Source of the DNA: an uncultured Acidimicrobiaceae bacterium
Lineage (GTDB): Bacteria > Actinomycetota > Acidimicrobiia > Acidimicrobiales > CAIXPF01
Assembly (NCBI GenBank): GCA_963775055.1
Contig: CAVZHK010000001.1
Coordinates: forward strand, 461,402-525,401
Length of the DNA stretch: 64,000 nucleotides
Direction of reading: 5' to 3'
Both the position numbers and the translations under genes were made by a program. The notes beneath the pieces were generated by a model. That model was given only the letters and a program-made list of their open reading frames with translations, was not told where the DNA came from and searched no databases. Positions 18,294-27,914 of this stretch are shown here, piece after piece; the first letter of the stretch is position 1; each line of letters starts with the position of its first letter.

Positions 18294-19532
18294 TCAGGCT
18301 TTGTGCGGGAAGACCCGCCAATCGGTGCCTGGGGCCACCACGAAGTCCCCATCCTTGTACTGCAGGATCTTGGAGGTGTCGTTGGGCTGCACGCCGCCCA
18401 CGTTGCCGATGAACTTGAACGGCTTGCCCAGCAGCGGGGTTTCGTAGTTGACCGCGGCCAGCGCGGCGTTCACCGTGTCGCGGGTGATCTCGCCCTTGAT
18501 GGACTCGAGCGTGCTGATCATGATGTTGGCGGCGATGTAACCGGCCTCACCGAAGCTGGTGGGGGCGGCACCGTTGGCCTCGACCAGGGCGATGAAGTCC
18601 TTGATCTCGGCCGGGGTCTTGTCATTGATGTTCGTGTAGGGCTCGAACTCGGAGTTGCAATACACGCCCTCGAGGGTGTCACCGGCGGCCTTGGCCAGGG
18701 TCAGCGAATAGCCCGAGGTCAACATGCCGTGAGGTATGCTCTTGGTCAAACCCTGGGGAGCGGCGATGGCCAGGTACGCCTGGTACTCGGGTTCGGTGAA
18801 GGCCAGCAGCACCGCCTCGCAGCCGTCGCTCTTGACCTTGGCCACCGACGGGGTGAGATCGGCGCCGACCTCGGAGAGGATCATGGAGTGCAGCTTGGTC
18901 TTGTTGGCGCCCTCCCACAGGGGGATGAAGACCGTTTTGAACAGCTCGGTGAGCGGCACGTTCTGGCCGACGAAGCAGACCTTCTTCTTGCCCAGGTCAT
19001 GGATGAAGTAATCCATCATGTGCAGCGTGGGGACGAACGGTCCGGTGTTCACGTTGGAGATGGTCGGCGCCTCGGCGCAGGCCATGACCCCGCCCAGCAC
19101 GTTGATCTTCTGCTCGGCGTAGTACTTGCCGTTGGTGGTGCAGTCCACGATGGAACCGCCACAGCACAACCCGACGATCTCGTCGTTCTCGACCAGGCGC
19201 TGGGCGGCGGAGGCGGCCCCGTCAGCGGTGTCCTGGGCGTCCTCGGAGACCAACTCGATGGGCCGGCCGTTGAGGCCGCCCTGGTCGTTGTATCGCTTGA
19301 AGACCATCTTGGCCACCTCGGCGGACTCAGGGAACACGTTGGCCCCCGAGACGCTGGTGACATCACCGATCTTGATGGGCTCGCCAGTGGCGGCATTGGC
19401 GCTGGCGCTGCTGTCGCTAGCAGTGTCGGCGTCATCACCGCCGCAGGCCGCTGCCAAGAGGCTCAGCGCGGCACACAGCGCCACCATCAGGCGCCACGGG
19501 CGCGCCCGCCGGCCCATCTCCGGTTTGATCAT
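18294..19532 (-). CDS. ABC transporter substrate-binding lipoprotein (LivK/type I periplasmic binding fold)
   Basis: The 412-aa ORF has a signal peptide with the lipobox LLAAAC followed by GGDD. It heads the liv-type operon. Confidence 0.8.
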   Translation of the reverse strand: MIKPEMGRRARPWRLMVALCAALSLLAAACGGDDADTASDSSASANAATGEPIKIGDVTSVSGANVFPESAEVAKMVFKRYNDQGGLNGRPIELVSEDAQDTADGAASAAQRLVENDEIVGLCCGGSIVDCTTNGKYYAEQKINVLGGVMACAEAPTISNVNTGPFVPTLHMMDYFIHDLGKKKVCFVGQNVPLTELFKTVFIPLWEGANKTKLHSMILSEVGADLTPSVAKVKSDGCEAVLLAFTEPEYQAYLAIAAPQGLTKSIPHGMLTSGYSLTLAKAAGDTLEGVYCNSEFEPYTNINDKTPAEIKDFIALVEANGAAPTSFGEAGYIAANIMISTLESIKGEITRDTVNAALAAVNYETPLLGKPFKFIGNVGGVQPNDTSKILQYKDGDFVVAPGTDWRVFPHKA

Positions 19533-19767
19533 GTCTTCCCCCTGGGTCCAGTCGGTCCGTCAGATATCTGAGGCCGCTCGGTTTTCTAGCAGCTTGGTTC
19601 ATGTGGCAATGGTCACCCAAGCCGGCCAGACGGCACCGGTGGCTCAATCGTTCCACGGTGCAGAACGAGCGATGGGCTTTCGGCGCTGGGAACCGGGGGT
19701 TAGATTCGCCGTCCGGTGGCCGGGCCAGAACCAGCCCCACCACCACAATTACAGCCAAGGGGGCTCG

Positions 19768-20496
19768 ATGAGCGACACCGGTGCCGAACGTCCATACACA
19801 CTGACCAATGAGGCGCGCGCCATCCTCAACTCGGTGTCCACCGCCACCATCGCGTCACAGTTGCAGCGCAAAGGACTTCGCAACTGCTTTCTGAACGGGT
19901 TGAAGCCCACCCAACCCGGCAAACGCCTTCTGGGGTATGCCCATACCCTACGGTACGTGGCGCTACGGGAGGATCTGCAGAAGACCCACGGCGGACTCAT
20001 GAACGCCCAACGTCAAGGGGTGGAGGGCATCAGCACCGATGAGGTCCTGGTGATCGAGGCCCGTGGTGAACCCCATGCGGGCACCATCGGCGACATCTTC
20101 ACCATGCGGGTCAAGGCCCTGGGCGGCGCCGGGGTCATCACCGACGGCGCGCTGCGGGACACCCCCGCCATCAAGAAGATCGACCTGGCGGTGTACCACC
20201 AGTCCAGCCACGCGGCCACCCTGGGCAAGTTGCACCTTCCGTGGGAGACCCAGACCGTCATCACCTGCGCCGGTGTGGCCGTGGTGCCGGGCGACGTGCT
20301 GGTCGGGGACGATGAGGGTGTGTGTGTGATCCCCGCAGCCATGGTGGAGGAGATCGCGGCAGCGTCTGTGACCATGGAGGCCGAGGAGGAGTGGGCGCTG
20401 GAGCGTGTCGCCGCTGGTGACAGCTCGGTCGGCACGTTTCCCATCGCCCCCGAGCGCCGGGCCGAGTACGAGGCCTGGCGCGCCGCCAAGGGCTGA
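19768..20496 (+). CDS. RraA family protein (4-hydroxy-4-methyl-2-oxoglutarate aldolase / oxaloacetate decarboxylase-like)
   Basis: The ATG at 19768 is preceded by aaggggg. The ORF has GTIGDIFTMRVKALGGAGVITDGALRD and GDVLVGDDEGVCVIP. The upstream part of ORF 19126 is antisense to the binding-protein gene. Confidence 0.75.
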   Translation: MSDTGAERPYTLTNEARAILNSVSTATIASQLQRKGLRNCFLNGLKPTQPGKRLLGYAHTLRYVALREDLQKTHGGLMNAQRQGVEGISTDEVLVIEARGEPHAGTIGDIFTMRVKALGGAGVITDGALRDTPAIKKIDLAVYHQSSHAATLGKLHLPWETQTVITCAGVAVVPGDVLVGDDEGVCVIPAAMVEEIAAASVTMEAEEEWALERVAAGDSSVGTFPIAPERRAEYEAWRAAKG

Positions 20497-20548
20497 GCCC
20501 CAGCCGGCCCACTTCCCATCCGCCCTTTCGACAATCAGGAGCCGTTCC

Positions 20549-20926
20549 ATGCCGCGTCGTTCCATCGACATCGACACGTTCGCCCACGTCAACCCCATCC
20601 CGGCGGCGTCGCGGGTGGGGCCGCTGGTGGTGTCGAGCATCATCCCGCCGTTCAACGCCGGCGAACGCAAGATCCCCGATGACATCCAGGACTGCATCCG
20701 CAACATCTACCTGCACATGGGCAAGATGTTGGAGGCTGCCGGCGCCAGCTGGTCGCAGGTGGCCAAGATCACGTTCTACGTGAGCGACATCGCCTATCGG
20801 GAGGAGCTCAACGACCAGTTCGTGGAGCACTTCCCCGACGCCGCCTCCCGCCCGGCCCGGTACACCGCGCTGGCCCAGGGTGGCCCCAAGGTCTCCGCCG
20901 AGTTCATCGCCTACGTCGACGACTGA
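20549..20926 (+). CDS. RidA/YjgF/L-PSP family protein
   Basis: The ATG at 20549 is preceded by caggag. The product is 125 aa with a YjgF-like layout (ILEAAGASWSQVAKITFYVSD ... ARYTAL ... AEFIAYV). Confidence 0.7.
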   Translation: MPRRSIDIDTFAHVNPIPAASRVGPLVVSSIIPPFNAGERKIPDDIQDCIRNIYLHMGKMLEAAGASWSQVAKITFYVSDIAYREELNDQFVEHFPDAASRPARYTALAQGGPKVSAEFIAYVDD

Positions 20927-21096
20927 CCCGCTCCCCGCAGCGTACCGATCAGTACGCTGAGGGCTGGGCGGTGGTCGAGTCGACGTCGATTCGGTCGGGG
21001 GCCGACACTCCTTCGGCGGAGATCCAGCGAGTCCAGACCGATTCGGCCCGACTCAGCCCGATCCGGCGAGCTTTGAAGAGATTCGGCGGGGTCTAC

Positions 21097-21501
21097 TCAG
21101 CTCAAGGTGGCGGCGCCGGCCCGGGCCACCTCGGCGTCCTCGTCTGCCGAACCACCGGACACGCCGATGGCCCCCACCAGCTCGCCGCGACTGTAGAGCG
21201 GCACGCCACCGCCAAACACGATGAGCCGGGGCACCTTGGTGATGCCGTGCACCAGCGACGGCTCGTTCTCGATGGCGCCCCACCACCGGTCCGTCGGCAT
21301 CCCGCCGAACCCGGCCACGGTGTACGCCTTGTCAGCGGCGATGCCAGCGGACAGGCGGGGGGCGCCGTCCATCCGGGCGCTGAGCACCGGGTCCCCGGCA
21401 GGGTCCGCGACGCACAAGCAGAACAACCTGCCCATGGCCTCGGCCTTGGCCAACGCCGCGGCCAGCACCCGTTGGGCAGCGGCCAGCGAGATGGTGTTCA
21501 T
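21097..21501 (-). CDS. GlcG/HbpS-like (DUF336) heme-binding protein
   Basis: Translation from the ATG at 21501 reads MNTISLAAAQRVLAAALAKAEAMG. Further in are AADKAYTVAGFG and GAIGVSGGSADEDAEVA. Confidence 0.7.
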   Translation of the reverse strand: MNTISLAAAQRVLAAALAKAEAMGRLFCLCVADPAGDPVLSARMDGAPRLSAGIAADKAYTVAGFGGMPTDRWWGAIENEPSLVHGITKVPRLIVFGGGVPLYSRGELVGAIGVSGGSADEDAEVARAGAATLS

Positions 21502-21868
21502 CGGCAGGGTGTCAGACACGGTGGCCTCCAGAATCGTCGCCGCCGACCGTATCGCGACCCCGCGGCGCGGGCCGGAACCGTTCCCTGCCCACGACGATGG
21601 CGAGTTGTGCACCGCGGCCCAGCACGCCTACCCGTCGCGTAACGCAACGACGCTGGTGGGAACGTGGCCACCTGGGAAGCAAGCGGCGGCCCGGTGGCGA
21701 ACTCGCCAAAGTTGCCGAGGCCGCGCTTCGTTCGGCACAGGTCGACCCGTCCCAGCCCACCCCGGGCGCCCAAAGCCCGGTGCCCGGCGGACCGCAACCA
21801 GCTCCGTCACGGCCGCTTGGGATGCCCAGTTCCTGCGCCGGGGACCGCGGCGGCAACGCATCGCGGTT

Positions 21869-22795
21869 TCAGCGCAGCAGGCCGGCGAGGGTTCCGTAGT
21901 AATCGAGCCACCAACCCGACGGCTTGGAGCGATCCACCGCGAAGACCACCAGATGGCTCACGCCCAGCGCCCGCATGGCATCGATCTGATCAAGCCAGGG
22001 CCCGGGACCGGCTTCGGGCACCATGATGCGGGCCTCGATGGGAAACGCTGCCGGGTCGCGATCCGCCGCCTCCAGGTGAGCACGCAACCGGCCCACCGCC
22101 TCGGCCAAGTCCTGGTCGGGCAGCAACAATGCCATCCACCCATCGGCGCAGCGGGCCACCCGCTTGAGCGCGCGATCACCGTTGTTGGTGCCCATCCAGA
22201 TGGGGATGGGATGGGGCGGCAAGGGGTTGATGCCGGTGCGGACCAGCTGGTGCCGCTCGCTGGTGAAGTCGACCAAGGGCTCGCTCCACAGCCGGCGCAG
22301 CACCGAGATCTGCTCCTCCAACATGGCCCCGTTGCGCCCGAACGGTTGGCCCATGCCCTGGTATTCGAACTCGTTCCAGCCCACCCCGACGGACAGGCGC
22401 AACCGGCCGCCGCTGAACACGTTGATGGCCGCGGCCTGCTTGGCCACCAGCGCCGTCTGGCGTTGGGGCAGGACCAGCACACTGGTGGCCAATGTCATGC
22501 GACTGGTCCATGCCGATAGGTACGCGTACAAGGCAAGGATCTCGGTGAAACGGTCCTCGGCGGTGTACGGCGGGCGACCGAACCCGGCTACGGCCTCGCT
22601 CCAACGGGAGGCGTCCACCCCCAGCACGTGGTCGTAGGCGATGAGGTGGTCGTAGCCCAGCTCCTCGATGGCCCGGGCGTAGCCGCTGATCTCGGCGGCG
22701 TCGGTGCCGAAGACGTATTGCGGAAACAGCGCACCCAGGGCCAGATCGGAACCGGTGGTGGTCACGGCGTCTCCTTGCTGCGAGGCGGCGAACAC
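21869..22795 (-). CDS. LLM-class (luciferase-like) F420-dependent oxidoreductase
   Basis: The 308-aa ORF has GYDHLIAYDHV, LATSVLVLPQRQTALVAKQAAAINVFSGGRLRLSVGVGWNEFEY and IWMG. Confidence 0.75.
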   Translation of the reverse strand: MFAASQQGDAVTTTGSDLALGALFPQYVFGTDAAEISGYARAIEELGYDHLIAYDHVLGVDASRWSEAVAGFGRPPYTAEDRFTEILALYAYLSAWTSRMTLATSVLVLPQRQTALVAKQAAAINVFSGGRLRLSVGVGWNEFEYQGMGQPFGRNGAMLEEQISVLRRLWSEPLVDFTSERHQLVRTGINPLPPHPIPIWMGTNNGDRALKRVARCADGWMALLLPDQDLAEAVGRLRAHLEAADRDPAAFPIEARIMVPEAGPGPWLDQIDAMRALGVSHLVVFAVDRSKPSGWWLDYYGTLAGLLR

Positions 22796-22896
22796 TTGCC
22801 GGTCCGCGGCGGGTCACCTTAGGTTGCCCCATCGATCCGGCCGCTGCTCCCCCGCAGTACCCACCTGCCGGTCCCCCGACGAAGGACGCGCCACCC

Positions 22897-23688
22897 ATGA
22901 TGACCGACGAGCAGATCCACGCGGCCGCCCAAGCGCTGTATCAGGCGGAGATCACCAACACCCCGATGACGCCGATCTCCCAGACCTACGCCGAGGCCAC
23001 CATCGATGACGCCTACCGCATCGGCGGGCTGGTCACGGACATCAAGCTGGCCAACGGTCGCAAGGTGAAAGGCCACAAGATCGGTTTGACCTCCAAGGCC
23101 ATGCGCTCGCTGACGGGGGCCACCGAACCCGATTACGGCACGTTGTTCGATGACTGGTTCATCCTCGAAGGCCAGCCCATCCCTCGCAGCCGCATGAACC
23201 GCCCGCTGGTTGAGGTGGAGCTGGCCTTCGTGCTGAAAGACGAGTTGGGCGGGCCGGCCTGCACCGCGGCGGATGTGATCCGGGCCACCGACTTCGTGCT
23301 GCCGTCCATTGAGATCGTGGATTCCCGCTTCCAGGGGCGCGGTCCCAACGGCCTGGTGGATTCCATCTCCGACGCCGCGTCGTGCGGGCTCATCGTGCTG
23401 GGCGGCAACCCCCGTCGCCTCACCGATCTGGACATTCGCGAGGTGGGCGCGTCCATGGCAATCAACGGGATCATCGAGGAGAGTGGCGTGGCCCGGGCGG
23501 TGATGGACAACCCCATCAGCTCGGTGGCGTGGCTGATCAACAAGCTGTCCGAGTTCGGCGTCACCCCCCAGCCCGGTCACGTGATCCTGTCCGGTTCGTT
23601 CCTGAAGGCCACCGTGTTCCAACCCGGGGACAACGTGATCGCCCTGTTCTCCCACGGCCTGGGCGAAGTGGCCTTCACCTGCAGCTGA
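22897..23688 (+). CDS. 2-keto-4-pentenoate hydratase / 2-oxohepta-3-ene-1,7-dioic acid hydratase family
   Basis: The 263-aa ORF has AYRIGGLVTDIKLANGRKVKGHKIGLTSKAMRSL and PSIEIVDSRF, as in MhpD/XylJ-type hydratases. Confidence 0.75.
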   Translation: MMTDEQIHAAAQALYQAEITNTPMTPISQTYAEATIDDAYRIGGLVTDIKLANGRKVKGHKIGLTSKAMRSLTGATEPDYGTLFDDWFILEGQPIPRSRMNRPLVEVELAFVLKDELGGPACTAADVIRATDFVLPSIEIVDSRFQGRGPNGLVDSISDAASCGLIVLGGNPRRLTDLDIREVGASMAINGIIEESGVARAVMDNPISSVAWLINKLSEFGVTPQPGHVILSGSFLKATVFQPGDNVIALFSHGLGEVAFTCS

Positions 23689-23793
23689 GCGCACGTGAGC
23701 GGTTACCGACCGGTCCCCCGTTGCGGCTACCGTCTAGAGCATGACTGAGGGGGCTCAGTTTTCTCGTTCGAGGTCACCTGAAGGGGCAGCCAG

Positions 23794-24951
23794 ATGAAGC
23801 GAAGCACGGACCGGATCCTGACCACCCACGTCGGCAGCTTGGGCCGCCCGGTGGAACTGCTCGACATTCTCAAGGAGCGCGAGAACGGCCGTCCCTATGA
23901 CGCCGCGGAGCTCCAGGTTGAGATCACCAAGGCGGTGGCGGACCGGGTGGCCAAGCAAGTCGAAAACGGCATCGACATCATCACCGATGGCGAGATGTCC
24001 AAGACCAGCTTCATCGATTACGTCAAGGATCGGCTGGCCGGCTTCGAGATCGATGATGCGCCCAACCGGGGCATGGCCCCCACCTGGCAGCTGGAATACG
24101 ACATGTTCCCCGAGTATTACGACATCTACCTGAAGAAGTATGCCGCCACCGTGGCCCCCCTGCGCCGCATCAAGTGCACCGGGCCCATCTCCTACGGCGG
24201 CCAGGCCGCGCTGGCCACCGACATTGCCAACCTCAAGGCCGCCGCCGCCGGGAAGAACTTCAGCGAGATCTTCATGCCGGCCACCACACCGGGCTCCTAC
24301 GGCAAGAACGAATACTACAAAGATCGGGACGAGTACCTTCACGCCATCGCTGATGCCATGCGTGTGGAGTACCTGGGCATCATCGACGCCGGGTTCATTC
24401 TCCAGATCGATGATCCCGGCCTGATCGACACCCTCGGGGATGCCCACAAGCCCATCGAGGAGCGCCACCGCGAGGCCAACGAGGCCATCGACACGTTGAA
24501 CCACGCGTTGCGGGACATCCCCACCGAGAAGATCCGCCACCACACCTGTTACGGCTTGAACCACGGCCCCCGCCTCACCGACATCGATCTGCGGGACGCG
24601 GTGCCGTTCATGTTGCGGATCAACGCCGGGGCGTACTCCTTCGAGGTGGCCAACCCTCGCCACCAGCACGAGTGGAAGATCTGGGCTGACATCAAGCTGC
24701 CCGAAGGCAAGATCCTCATCCCCGGCCTGTTGGGTCACGCCAACAACTACGTGGAACATCCCGAGCTGATCTGCGAGTACATCGTCCGTTACGCCAACCT
24801 GGTGGGCCGGGAAAACATCATCGCCGGGGCCGACTGCGGGTTCTCGTCACGAGCGTCCTACGCCCCCGAGGTGCACCCCACCGTGGTGTGGCCCAAGTTC
24901 AAGGCCCTCTCCCAAGGCGCGGCGCTGGCCTCCAAGGAACTCTGGAAGTAG
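23794..24951 (+). CDS. cobalamin-independent methionine synthase (MetE C-terminal domain)-like protein
   Basis: The 385-aa ORF has ILTTHVGSLGRP, ITDGEMSKTSFIDYV, IDDPGL, HTCYG and ADCGFS (zinc-ligand positions). Confidence 0.7.
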   Translation: MKRSTDRILTTHVGSLGRPVELLDILKERENGRPYDAAELQVEITKAVADRVAKQVENGIDIITDGEMSKTSFIDYVKDRLAGFEIDDAPNRGMAPTWQLEYDMFPEYYDIYLKKYAATVAPLRRIKCTGPISYGGQAALATDIANLKAAAAGKNFSEIFMPATTPGSYGKNEYYKDRDEYLHAIADAMRVEYLGIIDAGFILQIDDPGLIDTLGDAHKPIEERHREANEAIDTLNHALRDIPTEKIRHHTCYGLNHGPRLTDIDLRDAVPFMLRINAGAYSFEVANPRHQHEWKIWADIKLPEGKILIPGLLGHANNYVEHPELICEYIVRYANLVGRENIIAGADCGFSSRASYAPEVHPTVVWPKFKALSQGAALASKELWK

Positions 24952-25018
24952 TCCAGAGCCAGTTGCCGGTGACCGCGCGAACCCCCGGCGCGGCCACCGG
25001 CACCGAATCACCGCTGCG

Positions 25019-25829
25019 TCATGGGCGATCGCGGCGACCGTGGCAAGCCAGCGGATCGGTCAGGAACCCCGAACCGTCGGCCAGGGGCACCGCGTCGGCG
25101 AAGATGATGTCGTTGCTGATGCTCAACGAGTCCACATTGTCGATGCCCGGCATGGCCACACGGTCGTTGGCAAGGATCGTGTAGGTCGCTGAGAAGTCTC
25201 CGTCAGACGTGGCGTCGGGACCGAAGGTGTCAGACCCGATGCCGGCGATGCCGCGGTTGTTGACCATCCACTGAACGGCCTCACCCGAAAAGCCAGGCGT
25301 ATCACCAAAGAACGCCTCGGTGCCGTAGAACTCGTCGAATCCGGTCTGGATGATGACCATCGCACCTCGGGGGATGCGTGCCCCACCGGCGCTCGTATTG
25401 GAGAATGTCGGTCCTCCTCAGCTGGAACGCATCGTGGCCGGTCGCCTTCATACGAGGGCGCACGTCAATAACGTAGGCCGGCCACACGAACTCGGCGGCG
25501 TCGAGATCGTCGATTGTCCGGCCGCCTTCGATGAAGTGCCCCGGCGCATCGATGTGGGTGCCGGTGTGGGTGCCGGCGTGCACCAGCTCCACCAAATATC
25601 CGTAGTTCCGGAATGGTGGCGACGATTTCGATGTCTGGCACGGATCCCCCGGGAACACCGAGGCGTTCTCGTCGAGCACATGACCCAACCGACTCATCCC
25701 GTTCTCGCATGCCAGCTCGGCGCCCTCACCGCTGTCGATGTCGATGCCGCTGGTTGCCACCGCACCTCCGGCTCCGCCAAGAACCACCACTGCTGAGATC
25801 GCAGCCGCGATCCACCGACGACGAACCAT
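25019..25829 (-). pseudogene. putative cyclase (kynurenine formamidase-like) with signal peptide; 1-nt frame break near 25380
   Basis: ORF 25302..26027 carries SVFPGDP and HAGTHTGTHIDAPGHF. After DILQYE the reading continues in the frame of ORF 25019..25360 (GARIPRGAMVIIQTGFDEFYG ... GIGSDTFGPD). The likely start is the ATG at 25829, preceded by aggagga. Confidence 0.75.
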
Positions 25830-26089
25830 GTTCCGTCCTCCTGATCTTCCCGCACTTTCCCGGTCAGGGTATCGGCTCGCAGCGGTCACCCAACCCTGCG
25901 CAAGCGTGAAGGACTGTGGACGTCTCACCCCCGCACCACTCCCCCATGCCGCCGACGATCCTCGCCACCCTCGAGCGCTGATCGACGCCACCCCCTCCGG
26001 TGGTCCGCCGCTCCGCCAGCCCGCCAATCCGCCCGTCCGCCCCGACTGCAGCCGGGCGAGGCGCGCCCCTCACCCGGCTCAGCGACGGG

Positions 26090-27742
26090 TCAGGAGCGTT
26101 CGAGGATGGTGACGGTGCCTTTGACCCCGTCCACCTCCACGATCATGCCGTCCTGCAGCATGCTGGTGCCGAACATGGTGCCGACCACCGCCGGCAACTC
26201 GAACTCGCGGGCCACGATGGCGCAGTGGCTCAACACCCCGCCGATGTCCGCCACCACCCCGCTGACCACGGAGAACAGCGGCACCCACGGCGGCAGGGTC
26301 ATCTCGCACACCATGATGTCCCCGTCCTCGAGGACCGAGGCCTCCGTCAGGCTGCGCACCACCCGCACCGGGCCCCGCACCACCCCGGGAGAACCGGGCA
26401 CGCCCTTGAGCACATCGGGGTCCTGCACTGCGGTGGGGTCTGGCGGAGTGATACCCAACAGGCGCACGGTGACGGCGTCCATGAACGGGTCGGCCTCAGG
26501 CGCGGGCGGGGTGCCCAAAACCGGCGGTGGGCTGATCTTGGACCACGCCGCCATCTCCGCCCGGCGCTGCGCCAACAGTTCCTTGCGGTCGGTGCCGTTG
26601 CGGAACGTGTCCACCAATTCGTCGCGGAAGAAGTAGAACACGTCACTGGCGTCGTTGATGAGCCCTTTCTCCACCAGCCGCCGACCCATCTCCAACACGA
26701 AACGCCGCAGGATGGCGATGTACATCTGATCAATCCAGAAGGCGTGGTTCTCCGTCAGCGGATTGGAGTATTGCGCGGCGTCGTACATGGCCTCGAAGCG
26801 GGCGAGCTTCTCGGGATCGGAGGCCAGCTTGGTGCGGGCCTTGGCCAGCAACTGCTCCCGGGTGCGCACCGAGCGTTCGTGCACCACCTCAGGCGAGGCG
26901 CTGTCATCCAGGGAGACGTAACTGTTCAACACACCGAGCGGTATGGTCGGGTCTTCTCGCCAGGTGACATCGGCGATGTCGTACACCGCGTCGCTGCGCC
27001 AGCCGAACTCGTGGAGATACGCATGCAACTCGGCCAGGAAAGCTCGCCCCTCGTCGGTGAGCTGCAGTTGGTTGAGCCGTTCCGCCGGTTGGGTGGTCTC
27101 GAACAGGGCCTTGAGCGCCGGGCTGTCACGCACGATTCGGCTAAGGCGCCACAGGCCCCGACTGGCGGCCACCGAACGGGTCTCGAAGCCCTGAATAGAG
27201 TGATAGGCCTCCGTCGGGTCCGCAGGCTGCATAACCTCGTCGTAGAAATCGCAGTACTGGGAAGAGGCGATCAGCACGAAGTTGATGCGACCGTGGATGC
27301 GCCAGAAATCGAGCATCCGGCCTTCGAGCTCGACCAGCTTGGCCAGGATCTGCGCGTCGCTGAGGGTGGTGTAATCCAGCGCCTGCTCGGTGCGGTTCTT
27401 GGCGATGATCTCCGGTTCCCACTCATTGGTCCACTCATGACCAACGCGGGGCACTTTGGCCGCCAACGTGTCCTCATAACGGGTCTTTCGATCCGCTAGC
27501 TCGGCCTGGTCCGCCAACGGATGGAAGCTGGCGTAATAGTAATAGTTCACCATCTTGCTGGTGACCTGCACGCCAGCATCGAACTCCGCCTGGGCCTGCG
27601 TGAAGCCCTCGGCCAGGGTCATCACCACCAGGTCCGAGGCCAGCGGGGTTATGGGCCGGGGGGCGTGCATCTTGTCGAAAGCCCAGAAGCCCTCGATCTC
27701 GTCGGGACCGGGGAAGCCGGCCTCGTTCGCCACAATCGTCAC
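26090..27742 (-). CDS. PEP-utilising-enzyme mobile (swivel phosphohistidine) domain protein with a long N-terminal domain of unclear function
   Basis: The C-terminus reads GSPGVVRGPVRVV ... GDIMVCEMTLPPWVPLFSVVSGVVADIGGVLSHCAIVAREFELPAVVG. The start is assigned to the GTG at 27742, preceded by gggag. I see no ATP-grasp motifs. The ORF-track N-terminal 190 aa are antisense noise. Confidence 0.7.
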   Translation of the reverse strand: MTIVANEAGFPGPDEIEGFWAFDKMHAPRPITPLASDLVVMTLAEGFTQAQAEFDAGVQVTSKMVNYYYYASFHPLADQAELADRKTRYEDTLAAKVPRVGHEWTNEWEPEIIAKNRTEQALDYTTLSDAQILAKLVELEGRMLDFWRIHGRINFVLIASSQYCDFYDEVMQPADPTEAYHSIQGFETRSVAASRGLWRLSRIVRDSPALKALFETTQPAERLNQLQLTDEGRAFLAELHAYLHEFGWRSDAVYDIADVTWREDPTIPLGVLNSYVSLDDSASPEVVHERSVRTREQLLAKARTKLASDPEKLARFEAMYDAAQYSNPLTENHAFWIDQMYIAILRRFVLEMGRRLVEKGLINDASDVFYFFRDELVDTFRNGTDRKELLAQRRAEMAAWSKISPPPVLGTPPAPEADPFMDAVTVRLLGITPPDPTAVQDPDVLKGVPGSPGVVRGPVRVVRSLTEASVLEDGDIMVCEMTLPPWVPLFSVVSGVVADIGGVLSHCAIVAREFELPAVVGTMFGTSMLQDGMIVEVDGVKGTVTILERS

Positions 27743-27914
27743 GACTGTCTCCCTCTGTTCTCCGCTGGCGCCGGCGGGACCCCGCAGCGGGGTGCGAAAT
27801 AGCAGGCTGCGCTGCAGGATGGGCCATGGTTGGTGTTGAATCTGTGGCGCCTGGCACACCAGCACACCGGGTGCCCGGAAGCCCACCCGCCGACCCGACC
27901 CCTCGGAGGTCCCC

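Noticed and set aside
23689-23793. A possible cobalamin or SAM riboswitch upstream of the MetE-like gene.
   Set aside because: The leader is only about 105 nt, which is too short for a B12 element, and I could not find the conserved B12-box or SAM-I/IV core sequences.
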